DNA of 57,331 nucleotides, the filler included, from Jimgerdemannia flammicorona (lineage: Eukaryota), in NCBI GenBank assembly GCA_003990765.1. It is 3 parts of 3 records of this genome, joined end to end, with 100 filler letters (N's around TTAATTAATTAA, not from the genome) between each part and the next. Parts side by side here need not be neighbours in the genome. Positions count along the whole stretch, not along the records: positions 1 to 19,052 come from RBNJ01002041.1; positions 19,153 to 38,193 come from RBNJ01002042.1; 1 more part is not named here. One strand, given 5' to 3'. The stretch's first letter is position 1. Each line of letters begins with the position of its first letter. Positions 11,818 through 24,167 of this stretch are shown piece after piece. The notes under the pieces were generated by a model. That model had not been told where the DNA came from and did no database searches. It worked only from the letters and a program-made list of their open reading frames with translations. A program made the position numbers and the translations under genes.

Positions 11818-13887
11818 TGTAAGTGCACAACCTTCAAGCCACTGAAATTACACATCACCCTCTGAACAAGCCACTGAAATCACACATAACCTCTGAACAA
11901 ATCTGGAAATCACCTGCTTGATCACAAAGCTGAGTCAAACCAAAGTTACAGCATACAAAGCTAAGTTAATATGAAGTCACAGAACACAAGATTTACATAA
12001 ACAGAATCTTACCAATTAGGATCAAATGCATATATACTGAGCACTAAGATGCATCAAATCAAAGAACCAAAACAAAACAACAAACTATAACTTCCAAACA
12101 CACAAACATGACTACCGAGATCTATACCCATATCTGTACTGACATTTGGAATACCATTGTCAACCGAGCCACACCCTCTCTGCCCCTCATGAATATCTAT
12201 AGCCTAGCACCCCTCTACTTTGTGGAAGCCCAATGGAATGCTCTGAACATGCTTAGCAAGGTCCACCGAATCAGACAAATCTCAAGCTACTACCAGATCA
12301 GCTGCCTCTTGGAAGGCATGATCGAACACCACTATGATATAGACATTATCCAGATATCTCAACACCAGAAGCTCATTGCCCACAAATATTGAGAACTCTT
12401 CTACGAGTATAGCACCATTATTCCCTACCTCCAAGTTACTATAGCTGAAATGGTTGCTACCCTGTCCTATGACCAAATCGATGATATAATACAAGAACTC
12501 AACCACAAGTACCTCAAGTACATTGAAACCACAGACAGAACCTTCCCACACCTCAATGATCATATCCTACAAATGCTCTAAGTTGGATACACCATGAAAG
12601 ACATCTATGATATAATCCACTTCGATGAAGATGAAGCAGAAGACAATGATCCCTCTGATGCCAATATGATCTCTAGCCAAGGATCTCTGCCAACTCTGAT
12701 CACACTGCCAACCTTGCTGATGAACTTATAACAATTCATAACAGCATATGAGACTTATTGGGACAATGACCACTGGCACGAATACTAACCCGCATTCATC
12801 CCCAATTACTTCAACTATAATGAAGAGACCAGAGAATACAATCTGTACCTCTAGACAACCCTCAAGATTGAACCAACCACCCTACCACCCAAGTATGAGT
12901 AACATGAACCACAGCCGCCAGCTTACTATAACCCTATGACTCATAGTACTGTAACTTACCAAAGATATGCAGACAGCGAATCTGATGAAAGTGAAGATAA
13001 TGTACCCCTCCTTCGCCCACTAATACCTTATCCAGCATATGAGACTGATGATACCACCTTATAGGATAGAGATGAAGTTCTAATATATTATTACCTCAGT
13101 AAATAAGAAGAAGTAATCCATAAACCACTCTTCCTAGATGACTACTTCATCAGAGATGATACAATTGATAGTGATGTCATCGAAGACTACCCAGATAGTG
13201 CCTAAACCTATAAATAGCCTAGCAGTCACAGTATACTTAGATTAGCCTTATACAATGTAACTGTGAACTGACTCAGCAGTCAGATGATCTCTTGATATAT
13301 CAGATCACTCTTGTACTACGTGACTGCATTCTGACTCAGCAAGGCACTTAGTGTTACATTCATATCTAGTATAGTCCAGATAGCCCCTCACTAGTATAAA
13401 TACCCCCTCCCCCAGACCTCAGAATCTCAGACTTGAACACACAAGAACATTCCTGAATACTTCCCCCACAATATCCCTTCACACAACTACTCCTAGTATA
13501 GCAATATCATAAATAGCAAATAAATCTATTTACATAATAACCCATAAACCACTCTTAAGTAAATCCACTCCCCATTAGGTCCCACTTCTAACCCTATTAC
13601 AAAATTTCCTAATTGGGTATTGTCTGCAGCAATATGCCAATTCAACTAAGCTGGTCTTAGTTTCTTGAAGTTCCTGAAATATGAAAAATCCTGAACATCC
13701 AGAACTAGTCCGAAAAAGGACTTTGGTTGAGACATCAATCTGAACTTAAAATCAATAAGTGTAGAGGATATACTCCATATGAAATTGATCCTGACCATAA
13801 GAAAACAGTCTTCCAGAATATCCAGAATTTCCAGAATATCCTTCCAGAACTACATAATAGTTACCTTAAAAAAACAACCCTCTTATA
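11818..13887 (+). repeat. 3' LTR of A1 (2070 bp), containing the accessory ORF copy 12108-13205
   Basis: Direct repeat of 3466-5513. The terminal CA has mutated to TA. Confidence 0.95.
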
Positions 13888-16800
13888 TATGAGGTAGATG
13901 AGGGGTGGGAGACAGAGCTGGTGGGAGTCACTGGCAAGAGGGCTGAATACTGCTGGACCAAGCATTATGGATTGCAGCTCTGGTAAAAAGCCTGCCTAGA
14001 GTACTAAGAGGAATTTGAGAAGAAGGCAGATGGGGAGATGAATGAGCTGTTGACTGGATTGGAGGCTCAGAGGGCTGAAGAGAAGGTGGTGGCTGCAGAA
14101 TATAATCTGGACTTGACACAGGAGGAGATAAATATAGAGCAGTAGAGAAGGACTTGATAATACATAATTCTTCATTATGAATAGTATAACAAATATTTTT
14201 TCCTTGAATGTGAATGGGTTACAGGGTACTTATTGATATAAGAACATTTTTACTTGGCTGAAGGGATTGGAGGCTGATCTCTTCCTCTTACAGAATGTCT
14301 GGTGTGAGGATGATTTGGATAGACTGGAATAGATGAAGGAATGAGAAGGTGTGACAGTTTGGAAGGGCAAGGTTGGAATTCTGGTACAGAAAGGCAGAGG
14401 GGAGATAAGGAATGTACAGAGCTGGGAGATAGATTGGTCTGGGGAGAGTGGATATATATGGGTTGGGAGCCAGTCATGGTGGGCTCCTGCTACTGTCCTG
14501 CAGTATGGGGTGAGCATGTGGATTGAGTGAAGGGCCTATATGAGAGTGGAACTCTTGTAGAGATTGGAGTGGATATGCTCAGTAGGGACTTCAATATGGT
14601 TCGGGATGTATTGATGAATAGAACTGATGAAGGACAGGGAGCTGAGGGTCGGAGTGGAGGGCTGGCAATATGGGAGGAAGTGGAAAGACTGAGTGCTCTG
14701 GTTGATATGGGCAGAGAGTATTGGGGAGATAGGAGGGTATACACACACTGGGCTGGGGGTCTGGAGATGAGGATTGAATGAATTCTGATGGTCAGCTGCT
14801 GGGGCTTGGATGTTTGGAAGTCACTAGAGGTAGAATGGTGTCCTTGGTTGGATCATTGGGGGCTGTTAGGGCAGGGGCATTTTGGGGGGAGTGGGGATAG
14901 GCCTGGACATTGGTACCTCAATTCCTCCTTATTAGATGATAAGATCTAATGGGATGAGTAGGCTGAAGATATTCAATGGAGAGTGGAGTGCTGGAGGCAG
15001 GAAGGTGTCCCAGTTGGTATTCAGTAGATAAGGATGAAGGAGATAGCCAGAACCTACTGGAGTGAGGCTGGCAAGGAGGCTGAGAAACAGAGGAGACAAA
15101 GGGTGTGATGGGCTTCAAGTAGATTGTCTAGACTCTTGGAGAACTGGGCAAGACTGGTGACATTGGAGAGGGAGGAGGATTGGAGATTGATAAGGGTAAA
15201 AATGGAGGTTGATGAATTGCAACAGGTGTTGCAGAAAGAGAAAGAGACAAGGGTACAGAGTTTGGTAGTATAGCTTCATTGGCAGGAGTTGGAGGAAGGG
15301 GAGAGACTCTCAAAGTTTCTCACAAGAGCCCTTCAGGCGAGAAGGGTACAACAATGGTGGAAGGGGGTACTTAATGCTGATGGTATATTAGTGTATGGTA
15401 TATAAGATACATATTCTTGGATTATTAAAGAAGTATTGGAGTGGATTGTGGAGTGAGGAGGAGGGTGGGGCAGATGCTGAAGCCATTGATCAAGTGTTGG
15501 AAGATTGGCACCCTACACAAGTAGATGGGCTGGGTGACTTAGTACTACCAGTACAAGAGGAGGAGATCCACCAGGTTCTTGCCATATTAACTCTAGGTAC
15601 AGTGCCTGGGGAGGATGGTCTGCTCTGGGACTTCTGGAAGAAGATGGTGGGAGTTCCAGGAGTACTGGGTGAGATGATGGTACTGTGTAATTGGATTTTA
15701 CAGATAGGGAGATAGGTGGGAGAACAGGATCTGGGGCTGGTGATGTGGCTTTACAAGAACAAAGAAAGGCGAGAGGACTGGAAGAACTGGAGGCCAATTA
15801 TGCTATTGGATATGGACAGAAAGTTGGTTACCAAGGTAGTGGTCACAAGGCTGCAAAAGGTGGCCCAGTAGGTCTTGGGTGTTGAGCAGAGGGGCTTTGT
15901 GGAAGGCCAGCTCATCAGGGATAGTACAGCCTGAGTTCATGGAGTTATTGAAGGGGTATGAGTCAGTGGACTGGATGGGTGACTGGTCTTTCTGGACCAG
16001 AAGAAGGCTTATGATCAGATGCAGCAGGTCTGGCTGGCAAAAGTATTGGATAGGATTGGAGTCCTACACCAGTTCAGGTTAGCAATGATCAGCCTACTGG
16101 AAGGAAGTAGGGCAGCACTCATATGTAATGGACACAGAGGGGTAGTATTTCCCCTAGGTAGGGGGGTGCTCCAGGGGGACCTACTGTCTCTCATTTTGTA
16201 TGCTCTTTCTCTGGAGCCCTTCATGGATAGAATCAGATGGAAGATAGTAGGGCTCTCTATCTTTGATATTGGGTGGAAAGTAGGAGCCTTTGCAGATGAT
16301 ATGGTGGTTAGCCTGAGATCAATTGCAGATGTTGAGAAGCTTAAGAAAATAGTGGAGTGGTATGAGGAGAACTTTGGGGCTAAGCTTAATTGGCATAAGT
16401 GTAAAACAATGATATTAGGCAATAGTCTAGTTGGAGGGGAGATTATTGGAACCATCATCCCCACTAGTGAGATGGTATAGTACTTAAATATTTATCTGTT
16501 AGTATATGGGTCAGTTTTACCCAGTCTTTGGTGGGAACAGCAGATTGGAATCTGGGAGGAGGCCCTGTGGAGTTGGGGGGGTCGCCAATTGTCTCTGGCA
16601 GGGTATATTTTGATTTTGAATATCTATTGGCTGCCAAAGTTGTAGTATCTGGCTTATTATCTAACTTCCCAGCTTGGGTGGTGAAGCAATTGATGAAGCT
16701 GGCCAAGGGGTGGATCTGAGCTGGAAGATAGAGTCAGATCAGCTAGGAGGTCTTGTTCTTACTGGTGGCAAGTAGTAGACTTGGGCTGGTTGACTTTCCT

Positions 16801-17796
16801 AAGAGGCTACACTGCTTGAGAGCATGGTGACTGAAGAGAGCAGTAGAGTTGAGAGGGGGAGGCTGAGTCCCCCTATTATAGAAAGTCTGGGAGATGAGGT
16901 TCTTACTGAGAGGTTCAACTGGTAATCTCCTAGCATTTGTTGGCCTTCAGAATACTATACAATTGCATTACAAAGGCTTCTGGTGGGGGGTGGCAGAGGG
17001 GGTGTGCCATATTGGAATTCAGTAGCAGGGTAATGAAGAAGAGGAGGCTTGGGACCTGGCAATATGGAGATGGAACCATGTGTTGCTGGGCAGCATTCTC
17101 TTAATTGAGTTTGACATTAGTGATGAGATTGAATGCCAATGGGGACCAGGCCAGGATCTGTGGCCTAGCAGTTGGCAAGGAGTAGGAATTAGCGAGGAGT
17201 GGAACTGGCATAGTATTTGGGCCTAGAGTGCTGAGGTAAGGAGGTGGATATCGCTGAAGTACTGGGTGGCCTGGTGGTATATACTGAGGTGGAATGTCAT
17301 GCTCAACTTCTGCTCTAGTCACCTTATTGAGAGAGATTGCTTCAACTATAAAGAGTGTTATAATGTAGGGTAGGAAGGGGGATATATACAGATGCCTAAA
17401 CATCGGCTAGAAGAGTGTGAGATACTTAGTGCCTTTTGGTAGACTGTTGGGGATCATTTGGGGGTAGTAGGGGCTGGCATGTGGAGGTGGTGGGAGGATT
17501 TGAGAGATAGATTGGTAGGGGAGGTGGGGAAGGAATGACTTATATTAGGCTGGACTTTGGCTATTTGGGTGGGGCTGACCAGTCACTGATTATTTGTTTT
17601 TGAGGATAGGAGGAGACTAAGCTTTGAGGTCAGGCTGCTGTGATGACATAGCCTTATGGAAGATACCTTAACTGGCTGGTAGCTTGGTTGGGGGTTATAG
17701 GGTGGTCGAAGGTGTCATCTGGTAGAGAAAATCTGTAGGCAGGCTCCTTTCTCTGCTACCTTACTAGTTACAAGATTTGGTAGGCAACCTTCTGAG
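13888..17796 (+). mobile_element. LINE copy 1, 3' part: end of ORF1 and decayed ORF2 (APE endonuclease and RT)
   Basis: ATG at 14177 followed by SLNVNGL, DFN, W.LNSSLL, PGEDGL, DQKKAYD, QGDLLS and AFADD. Collinear with 54041-57331. Confidence 0.9.
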
Positions 17797-19052
17797 CATC
17801 TTTCTCCGGTAACATTCAGGTTACACAAGACTCAGACAACACTTTCTACAACGTTTTTGGTGTCCAGCGACTAACAACATGGATGGCAACGATCGATCTG
17901 GTGAGCGTACTGGCCAGGGGGATGGTGGCGCCTTTGGCTGGCAGCAGGTGGGGAGGAGGGGAGATGGTTTGGGGATGCCAGGGGCCTCGATGGCTAGCCG
18001 GGGCCCCAGCGGCAGAGGAAGGGGAGGTCTAAGGCAGAGAGGAGGGGAGAGGATGACCTTTGCTGACAAGGTCAGGATGGGGGCGATGGCTTCTGGGCTG
18101 GATAGTTGGCTGGGCCTGGGGAAGGCGTCGATGGCTACTACCGGGGGTCAAGGAGGTGCACCCCAGGGTGCTTCTGGTGGTAGGGAAGGGGCCGGAGTAG
18201 GGGCTGGAGATGTGACGGTTGATGGGGCTGTGACTGGAGATCTGGCAAAAAATCCAGATGTGACGGCAGTTGGCAATTCGGGACTTGAGGTGGGCACGAG
18301 GCCCAGGGACCTGGCGGATGGGGTGATAGGCATGGTGTCGGCCCCGTTACTCAAGAAGTCGAGGTCCGAATTCGCGGTCACGATGTGCTTCCGGGGCTTG
18401 GCAGTGACGGCGAGGATGATTTTGGGGCTGGTGGCGCAGGAGGCTAAGGGAGCAGCGTCGGTGAAGTTTTTGAGGGGAAAGGAAGGGGTTGAAGTGGGGT
18501 TCGAGGAGGAGGATGCCTTGTTGGCAGCCATGGAGAAAGGGGTGATGGTTGGTGGGGTGGTGGTCCCTATGGCTCAGTGTATGCACTGGGACCCCCGGGT
18601 GGTGCAGTTGACGGTGTTGGACCTCCCTATGGTGTCGAAGGAAAGGACCAGGGAGTTGGTTGTAGAGGCGATAAAGGAGTATGGCGAGATTGTGGACGTG
18701 GGGTTCAAGGTCTGGGAGGGCACGGAGCTTAGAACTGGAGATGTCGATGTCAGGGTGAGACTGGCTGGGAAGGAGAATACGGGGAAGTCGAGGGACTGGC
18801 CAGCAGCGCTGAGGTGGGGACAAGTGGAGTGTAAGGTCGCTAGGGTAAAGGGGACTCAGGAGGAGGAGGAGGACTTGCTGGAAGCTCTGGAGGACCTGGA
18901 AGGGGCTGTTGCAAGGAGGAGATTAGCCTGGAAGGAGTTCGAGGCCAGGATGGTGGTGGGGGAGGTGGATGGGAAGAGGGTTCGGATGGAGAAAGGGGCC
19001 TGGGAGAAGATGCAGGGGAGGAGGATTCAGAAGGAGTTGTTGGCAAAGTTGG
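17797..19052 (+). mobile_element. LINE copy 2, 5' end, truncated by the assembly gap
   Basis: Highly similar to 52011 onward and starts at the same 5' position. Confidence 0.9.
17879..19052 (+). CDS. LINE ORF1 protein (partial, open up to the gap)
   Basis: Uninterrupted frame, close homologue of 52081..54009. Confidence 0.85.
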
Positions 19053-19152
19053 NNNNNNNNNNNNNNNNNNNNNNNNNNNNNNNNNNNNNNNNNNNNTTAA
19101 TTAATTAANNNNNNNNNNNNNNNNNNNNNNNNNNNNNNNNNNNNNNNNNNNN
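19053..19152. other. Assembly gap with artificial TTAATTAATTAA linker
   Basis: 44 N + six-frame-stop 12-mer + 44 N. Identical construct at 38194-38293. Confidence 0.97.
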
Positions 19153-19987
19153 GGAAAAGAATCACAAGGCCCTAGAACCCATCCGAATTGGAGAAAAGGT
19201 TCTACTGTATCGAAATATGGTAGAAGCCTCATGGTCATGAAAACTGGAGCCCAAATGGGAAGGACCCTTCTACGTGCAAGATATCAAGGGAACTACCTTC
19301 TGGCTTAGAAAAATCTCAGGGACCATACTGCCTACCACGGTATATAGGAACAGACTCAAGAAGTACCATGAACCTATACAAGAGAAGCAAAACGTGATGA
19401 CCGCCCACGAGGTTCTAGTCCGCGAATCATAACAGCATGTCCCGTGACCAGCAGGCTATCTGTCTGGACCATTCTCTAAGGGATACGGCACTGGCAACTA
19501 CTCATCCATGAAGACTTTCGCAGTCAGAGGAGTTCGAACCGTCAACTGATTGGTCAGGATCAGAATCAGGCCCTTGCTCTATATGAAGGGAGCGACCCTT
19601 CACCATCACACCAAAATACAAAGGGAAGACACCAGCCCATAAACACCAGTTTTTGACCCCTTGCCAGAGGTTATGGGATCAGCAAATTTTTCAGGACTGG
19701 ACCAATGAATAAGGACGCTCAGGAAGATCCTAATTCAGGAGGAAGATGTAATAGTGACCCCAGAATGATGACATCAGCACAGGAGACAGCCTTTCCTTAC
19801 AAGCCACCAGATCAGAGTACAAGAAGATCATATGGCATGCAAGATAGGCAACGATGACCAACTGTGAGTTATTGTGACCACAGCACAAGCATCCTGAAGA
19901 ATATAAAAGAAGGATCAAGGAACCGCAGTAACAGCAACCAACAAGAACCCCAATCCCAAAATAGCTCAAAGACTTACCACAAACAAA

Positions 19988-20824
19988 ATGCCTGCTGCCC
20001 GCCAAACCTCAAGGTCAAGGAATCATCAAGGTATCTCAGTCGAGAAAAGGATGTTTCAAGACATCAGAAGAGCCATGAGGACCCGCTCAAGAAGGACTCC
20101 TAGCATCAACCTGGGTACTGCAGACCCTTATCACTTTATCCTCTACTGCTGTGAAATGGAAACAAGGATCACCATTGTCACCGAATACCTCCAAATGTGG
20201 CAGGAGTATGAAATAGGAAACCTCCTCTGCTGGGAGTTCCCACAGGCCAGCCCTCAAGAGCTACAAGATGCCACCCCCATAGACCTACGTGAGGCAAGGA
20301 CAGCAAAGAAGATCCATCAGATCTTCAGGCATGCACCATGGTCAATCCCCAACTTGGAGTATGTTAGAGTCTCAGACTTCAGAGACCTGTCATCCCGCCG
20401 AATCAATGCACTAGAAGTCAGGGTGGCTACAGAAGCCTGGTCCACTATCACCCTCAACAGCGAAGAAGTAGAAGACTTCTGGCACCCTATCCTTCAGGAC
20501 AACCCAGACCAGTTCCTGCAAGAGTTGATCTCAGTATTCCAAGGCCCAAGCATCCAGGTCAGACCTCCCCAGGACCCCACATTTGTCCCTTACTTTGTGG
20601 AAGAGAACCTCATAGACTGGAGAGCTCCAGATCTTGTTCCCGATTTCCCCGCCGAACATGATGACGTCATCGGTGATGACGTCATCCCACGTGACATACC
20701 CGAAGCACGCGAACCACGTGATGAAGTACGCGAAATGCGTGACCTGCATGAAGAGTTCGCAGATCTCATCTCCTTCAGTGATGATGATGATGAAGCTCCC
20801 ATGATCCTGAACTTTCTGCTCTAA
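19988..20824 (+). CDS. Intact 278-aa accessory ORF inside the family B LTR, unknown function
   Basis: Open frame wholly within the LTR and upstream of TATAAATA at 21036. A decayed second copy lies at ~45058-45885. Acidic C-terminus. Confidence 0.8.
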   Translation: MPAARQTSRSRNHQGISVEKRMFQDIRRAMRTRSRRTPSINLGTADPYHFILYCCEMETRITIVTEYLQMWQEYEIGNLLCWEFPQASPQELQDATPIDLREARTAKKIHQIFRHAPWSIPNLEYVRVSDFRDLSSRRINALEVRVATEAWSTITLNSEEVEDFWHPILQDNPDQFLQELISVFQGPSIQVRPPQDPTFVPYFVEENLIDWRAPDLVPDFPAEHDDVIGDDVIPRDIPEAREPRDEVREMRDLHEEFADLISFSDDDDEAPMILNFLL

Positions 20825-20834
20825 AAAGTTCTTT

Positions 20835-20960
20835 GTTACACTGGATAATGCCAGCACCAGTATTCTCATGTAATACTGGATAATGCCAGCACCGGTATTC
20901 TGAGGTGACGTGAAATTGTTCCAGCACTGGCATTTTGATATGATACTAAATAATGCCAGC
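20835..20960 (+). repeat. 35-bp tandem repeat in the family B U3 (2 units plus degenerate parts)
   Basis: Unit CTGGATAATGCCAGCACCAGTATTCTCATGTAA(T/C)A. Four units occur in the other copy. Confidence 0.85.
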
Positions 20961-21273
20961 CTTGGAACTTAGTAGTTTTAGTTATTGGAATTTATATTTA
21001 GCTTTATACCTTAGCAACTATTGAATTATATTTTGTATAAATACCTCTCTTATTTCTTCTGAAATAAAGTCAGTTCTATCCAGTTCACTTACACACTTCC
21101 TTGCAAGCAATCTAAGAGATAACAAGATAGTTAAAGATAAGAAGTTTGAGGACTATAAGACCTTGGGAAGGCACTCCAATAAGAACTTGCTTATAACAAC
21201 TTGAGTTAGTCTAAGAGATATACCTTGAAGAGAATCTGGCGTATTTGAAGGACTCAGTAACCACTACGTGACA

Positions 21274-24167
21274 CTGTATAGATATATTCTGTCCTGATGG
21301 AGGTGCATCTCCTTTGGTGGTATATCTGGGATCGAATTCACTGAGATACTCCTCCTTCTCTTTAGTTTGGTCCCTGTGTAGTTGGGTTTGCTCAGCATCA
21401 AAGTAGACAGAATCAGTTATATATCTGATTTCGGATGGACTTAATTCAAAGTCAAGTTCTGGTTTGGTGTTGGTTTCAGATTCAGATAGAGCTGTAGCTA
21501 GTCCTGCTTCCAGTTTGGGGTCAGATTGTTGATGAAGGGTTTCTCTTACTTCTTCTTTAAGAATATAGTGGGCCTTGCTATTCTGGAATCAGTAGTATAA
21601 TGTAGTCTTGGTCCTGGTATGGTGAAAGTTGGTAGAGTTGAGCCATTTGGCTATAGAGGCTTGGGCTTTGTGAGAGACTAAGGCTAGAAAGACTGCTACT
21701 GGTTATCCTAGGTTACTTGGATTTGTGGAGCTGATAAAACTCTTATTGAGAAGAGTAAAAAAAGCTTCTATAGACCTTCTTCATCCTGACTTGCTGGGTA
21801 TAGTGCAAGGAGTTCGGTGAATAGGGTTTCACCTATTTGCTGATTTAACTGGAGTATTTCTTTCTTCAAATGAAGTTTGTCCCACTTGTTGTAGGTATGG
21901 AGGTCAAATTGTCCTTGTACATCAGGTTCAATTCTCTCCAGATTGTCAGATAGTTCAGGATAAATTCCAGTTCAGAGGTTGGGCTTTATACCAACTTGTA
22001 GGAATTCTCAGAGGGATTTGTAGTGGGGTGAGGAAGTATCTTGAAGTAGAATTTGGATTGTAAACTGCTGCTATCAAGTTGTAAGAGGGTTACTTTTTAG
22101 GGTAACTATTATGTAGTTCTAGAAGAGTTTTCTGAAAGTTCTGAATATTCTAAAAGACTGTTTTCTTATAGTCAAGATCAATTTCATATAGAGTACATCC
22201 TCTATACTTATTGATTTCAAGATCAGGTTAACATCTCAACCAAAATCCTCTTTTGGACTAATTCTGGATGTTCAGGATTTTTCATATTTCAGGAAGTTCA
22301 AAAAACTAAGACCAGCTTAGTTGAATTGGCATATCACTGCAGACAATACCCAATTAGGAAATTTTCATGACAGAGTTAGGAGTGGGACCTAATGGGGAGC
22401 AGATTTACTTAAGAGTAGGTTGTGGGTTATTAAATAGATTTATTCACTATTCATGATATTACTATACTAGGAGTAGTTGTGTAAAGGGATATTGTGAGGA
22501 AGTACTCAGAAGTTGTGTTTGGATTGTTCAGGTCTTTAAGTTTGTTTAAGTCTGAGATTCTGAGGTCTAGGGGAGGGGGTATTTATACTAGTGAGGAGCT
22601 ATCTGGACTATGCTAAATATAGATGTAGCACTTAGTACCTTGCTGAGTCAGAATGCAGTTATGTAGTATAAGTGTGATCTGACATATCAAGAGATCATCT
22701 GACTACTGAGTTAGTTTACAGTCATATCATATAAGGCTAATCTAACTATACTATAACTGCTAGGCTATCTATAGATTTAGATACTATCTGGGTAGTCTTA
22801 AATGACATCACCATCAATGACATCATCTCTGATAAAGTAGTTATCTAGGAAGAGTTATTTATGGATTAATTCTTCTTATTCACTGAGGTAGTAATATATT
22901 GGAACTTTGTTACTATTCTATAGGATAGCATTGTCTGTCTCATATGCTGGGTATGGCATTGGTGGGCAAAGGAGGGGTACATTATTTTTGCTTTCATCAG
23001 ATTCACTATCTGCATACCTTCTATAGGTTACAGTACTATGAGTTGCAGGGTTGTAGTAAGCTGGTGGCTGTAGTTCATATCACTTGTACTTGGATGGTAG
23101 AGTGGTTAGTTCAATCTTGAGAGTTGTCTGAAGGTACAGGTTGTGTTCTCTGCTCTCTTCATTGTAGTTGAAGTAATCAGGAGTGAATATAGGTTAGTAT
23201 TCATACCAGTGGTCATTATCCCAGTAGGTCTTGTAGGTGGTTATGAACTGTTGTAAGTTCATCAGCAGTATTGGTGGACTGATCAGGGTTGACAGAGATC
23301 CTTGACTTGAGATCATGTTGGTGTCAGAGAGATCATTGTCTTCTGCTTCATCTTCATTAAATTAGATTATATCATAGATATTCTTCATCATGTATCCAAC
23401 TTGAGGCATTTGCAGAATATGGTCATTGGGGTGTGGGAAGGTTCTGTCTGTGGTCTGGATATATTCAAGATACTTGTGGTTGAGCTTTTATATTATATTA
23501 TCGATTTGGCCATAGGACAGGATAGTAACCATTTCGGCAGTAGTAACTCAGAGGTGGGGAATAAAGGTGCTGTACTTATAAAAGAGTTCTCAATGTTTGC
23601 AGGCAATGAGTTTCTGGTATTGGGACATCTGAGTGATATCTGTATCATGGTGGTATTCAACCATATCTTCTAGGAGGCAGCCAATCTGGTAGTAGCTTGA
23701 GATTTGTCTGATTCAGTGGGTCTTACTAAGCATATTCAGAGTATTTCATTGGGCTTCTATGAAGTAGAAGAGTGCTAGACTATGGATATTTATAAGGGGT
23801 AGAGGAAGTGTGGCTTAGTTGATAATAGTATTCCAAATATCAGCACAGATGTGGTTATAGATCTCAGTAGTCATATTTGTGTATGTTCAGAAGTTATGGT
23901 TGTTGTTGTTTGTTTTGATTCTCTGTTTCGACATGTCTTAGTGCTCAGTATATATGTATTTAGTCCTAATTGGTAAAATTCTGTTTGTATAAATTTTGTG
24001 CTCTGTGACTTTGTATTGACTCAGCTTTGTGTACTGTGACTTCAGTTTAACTCAGCTTCGTGATCAAGCAGATGATTTCCAGATTTGTTTGGAGGTTGCG
24101 TGTGATTTTGGTGGCTTGTTCGGAGGGTGATATGTGATTTCAGTGGCTTGAAGGTTGTGCACTTATA
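21274..24167 (-). mobile_element. Gypsy family A copy A2, 5' portion (LTR 22080-24167 plus start of the internal region), interrupted by B1
   Basis: Reverse complement of 3466 to ~6319, including the PBS region. Confidence 0.92.

Larger units (their letters stand above)
3466..13887 (+). mobile_element. Full-length Ty3/Gypsy LTR retrotransposon, family A (chromovirus-like, with dUTPase), copy A1, inactivated
   Basis: Paired ~2.05 kb LTRs (TGTAAG...CTTACA/CTTATA), 5-bp TSD TATGA at 3461-3465 and 13888-13892, PBS, PPT, and the order gag-dUTPase-PR-RT-RH-IN-chromodomain. Confidence 0.95.
19153..21273 (+). mobile_element. 3' end of Gypsy family B copy B1: integrase C-terminus, PPT and 3' LTR (19747-21273)
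   Basis: KVLLYRN..KLEPKWEGPF..RNRLKKY; PPT AGGAGGAAGA at 19737-19746; LTR TGTAATAG...GTGACA matching 44816-46436. Confidence 0.9.

Noticed and set aside
19097..19108. TTAATTAATTAA palindrome, also at 38238-38249
   Set aside because: It is an artificial six-frame-stop linker centred in 100-bp N gaps. Adjacency across the gaps is not trusted.
19368..19712. Possible extra ORF between the family B integrase and the PPT
   Set aside because: It needs five stops repaired in ~115 codons of an otherwise well-preserved copy, and there is no second copy to compare.
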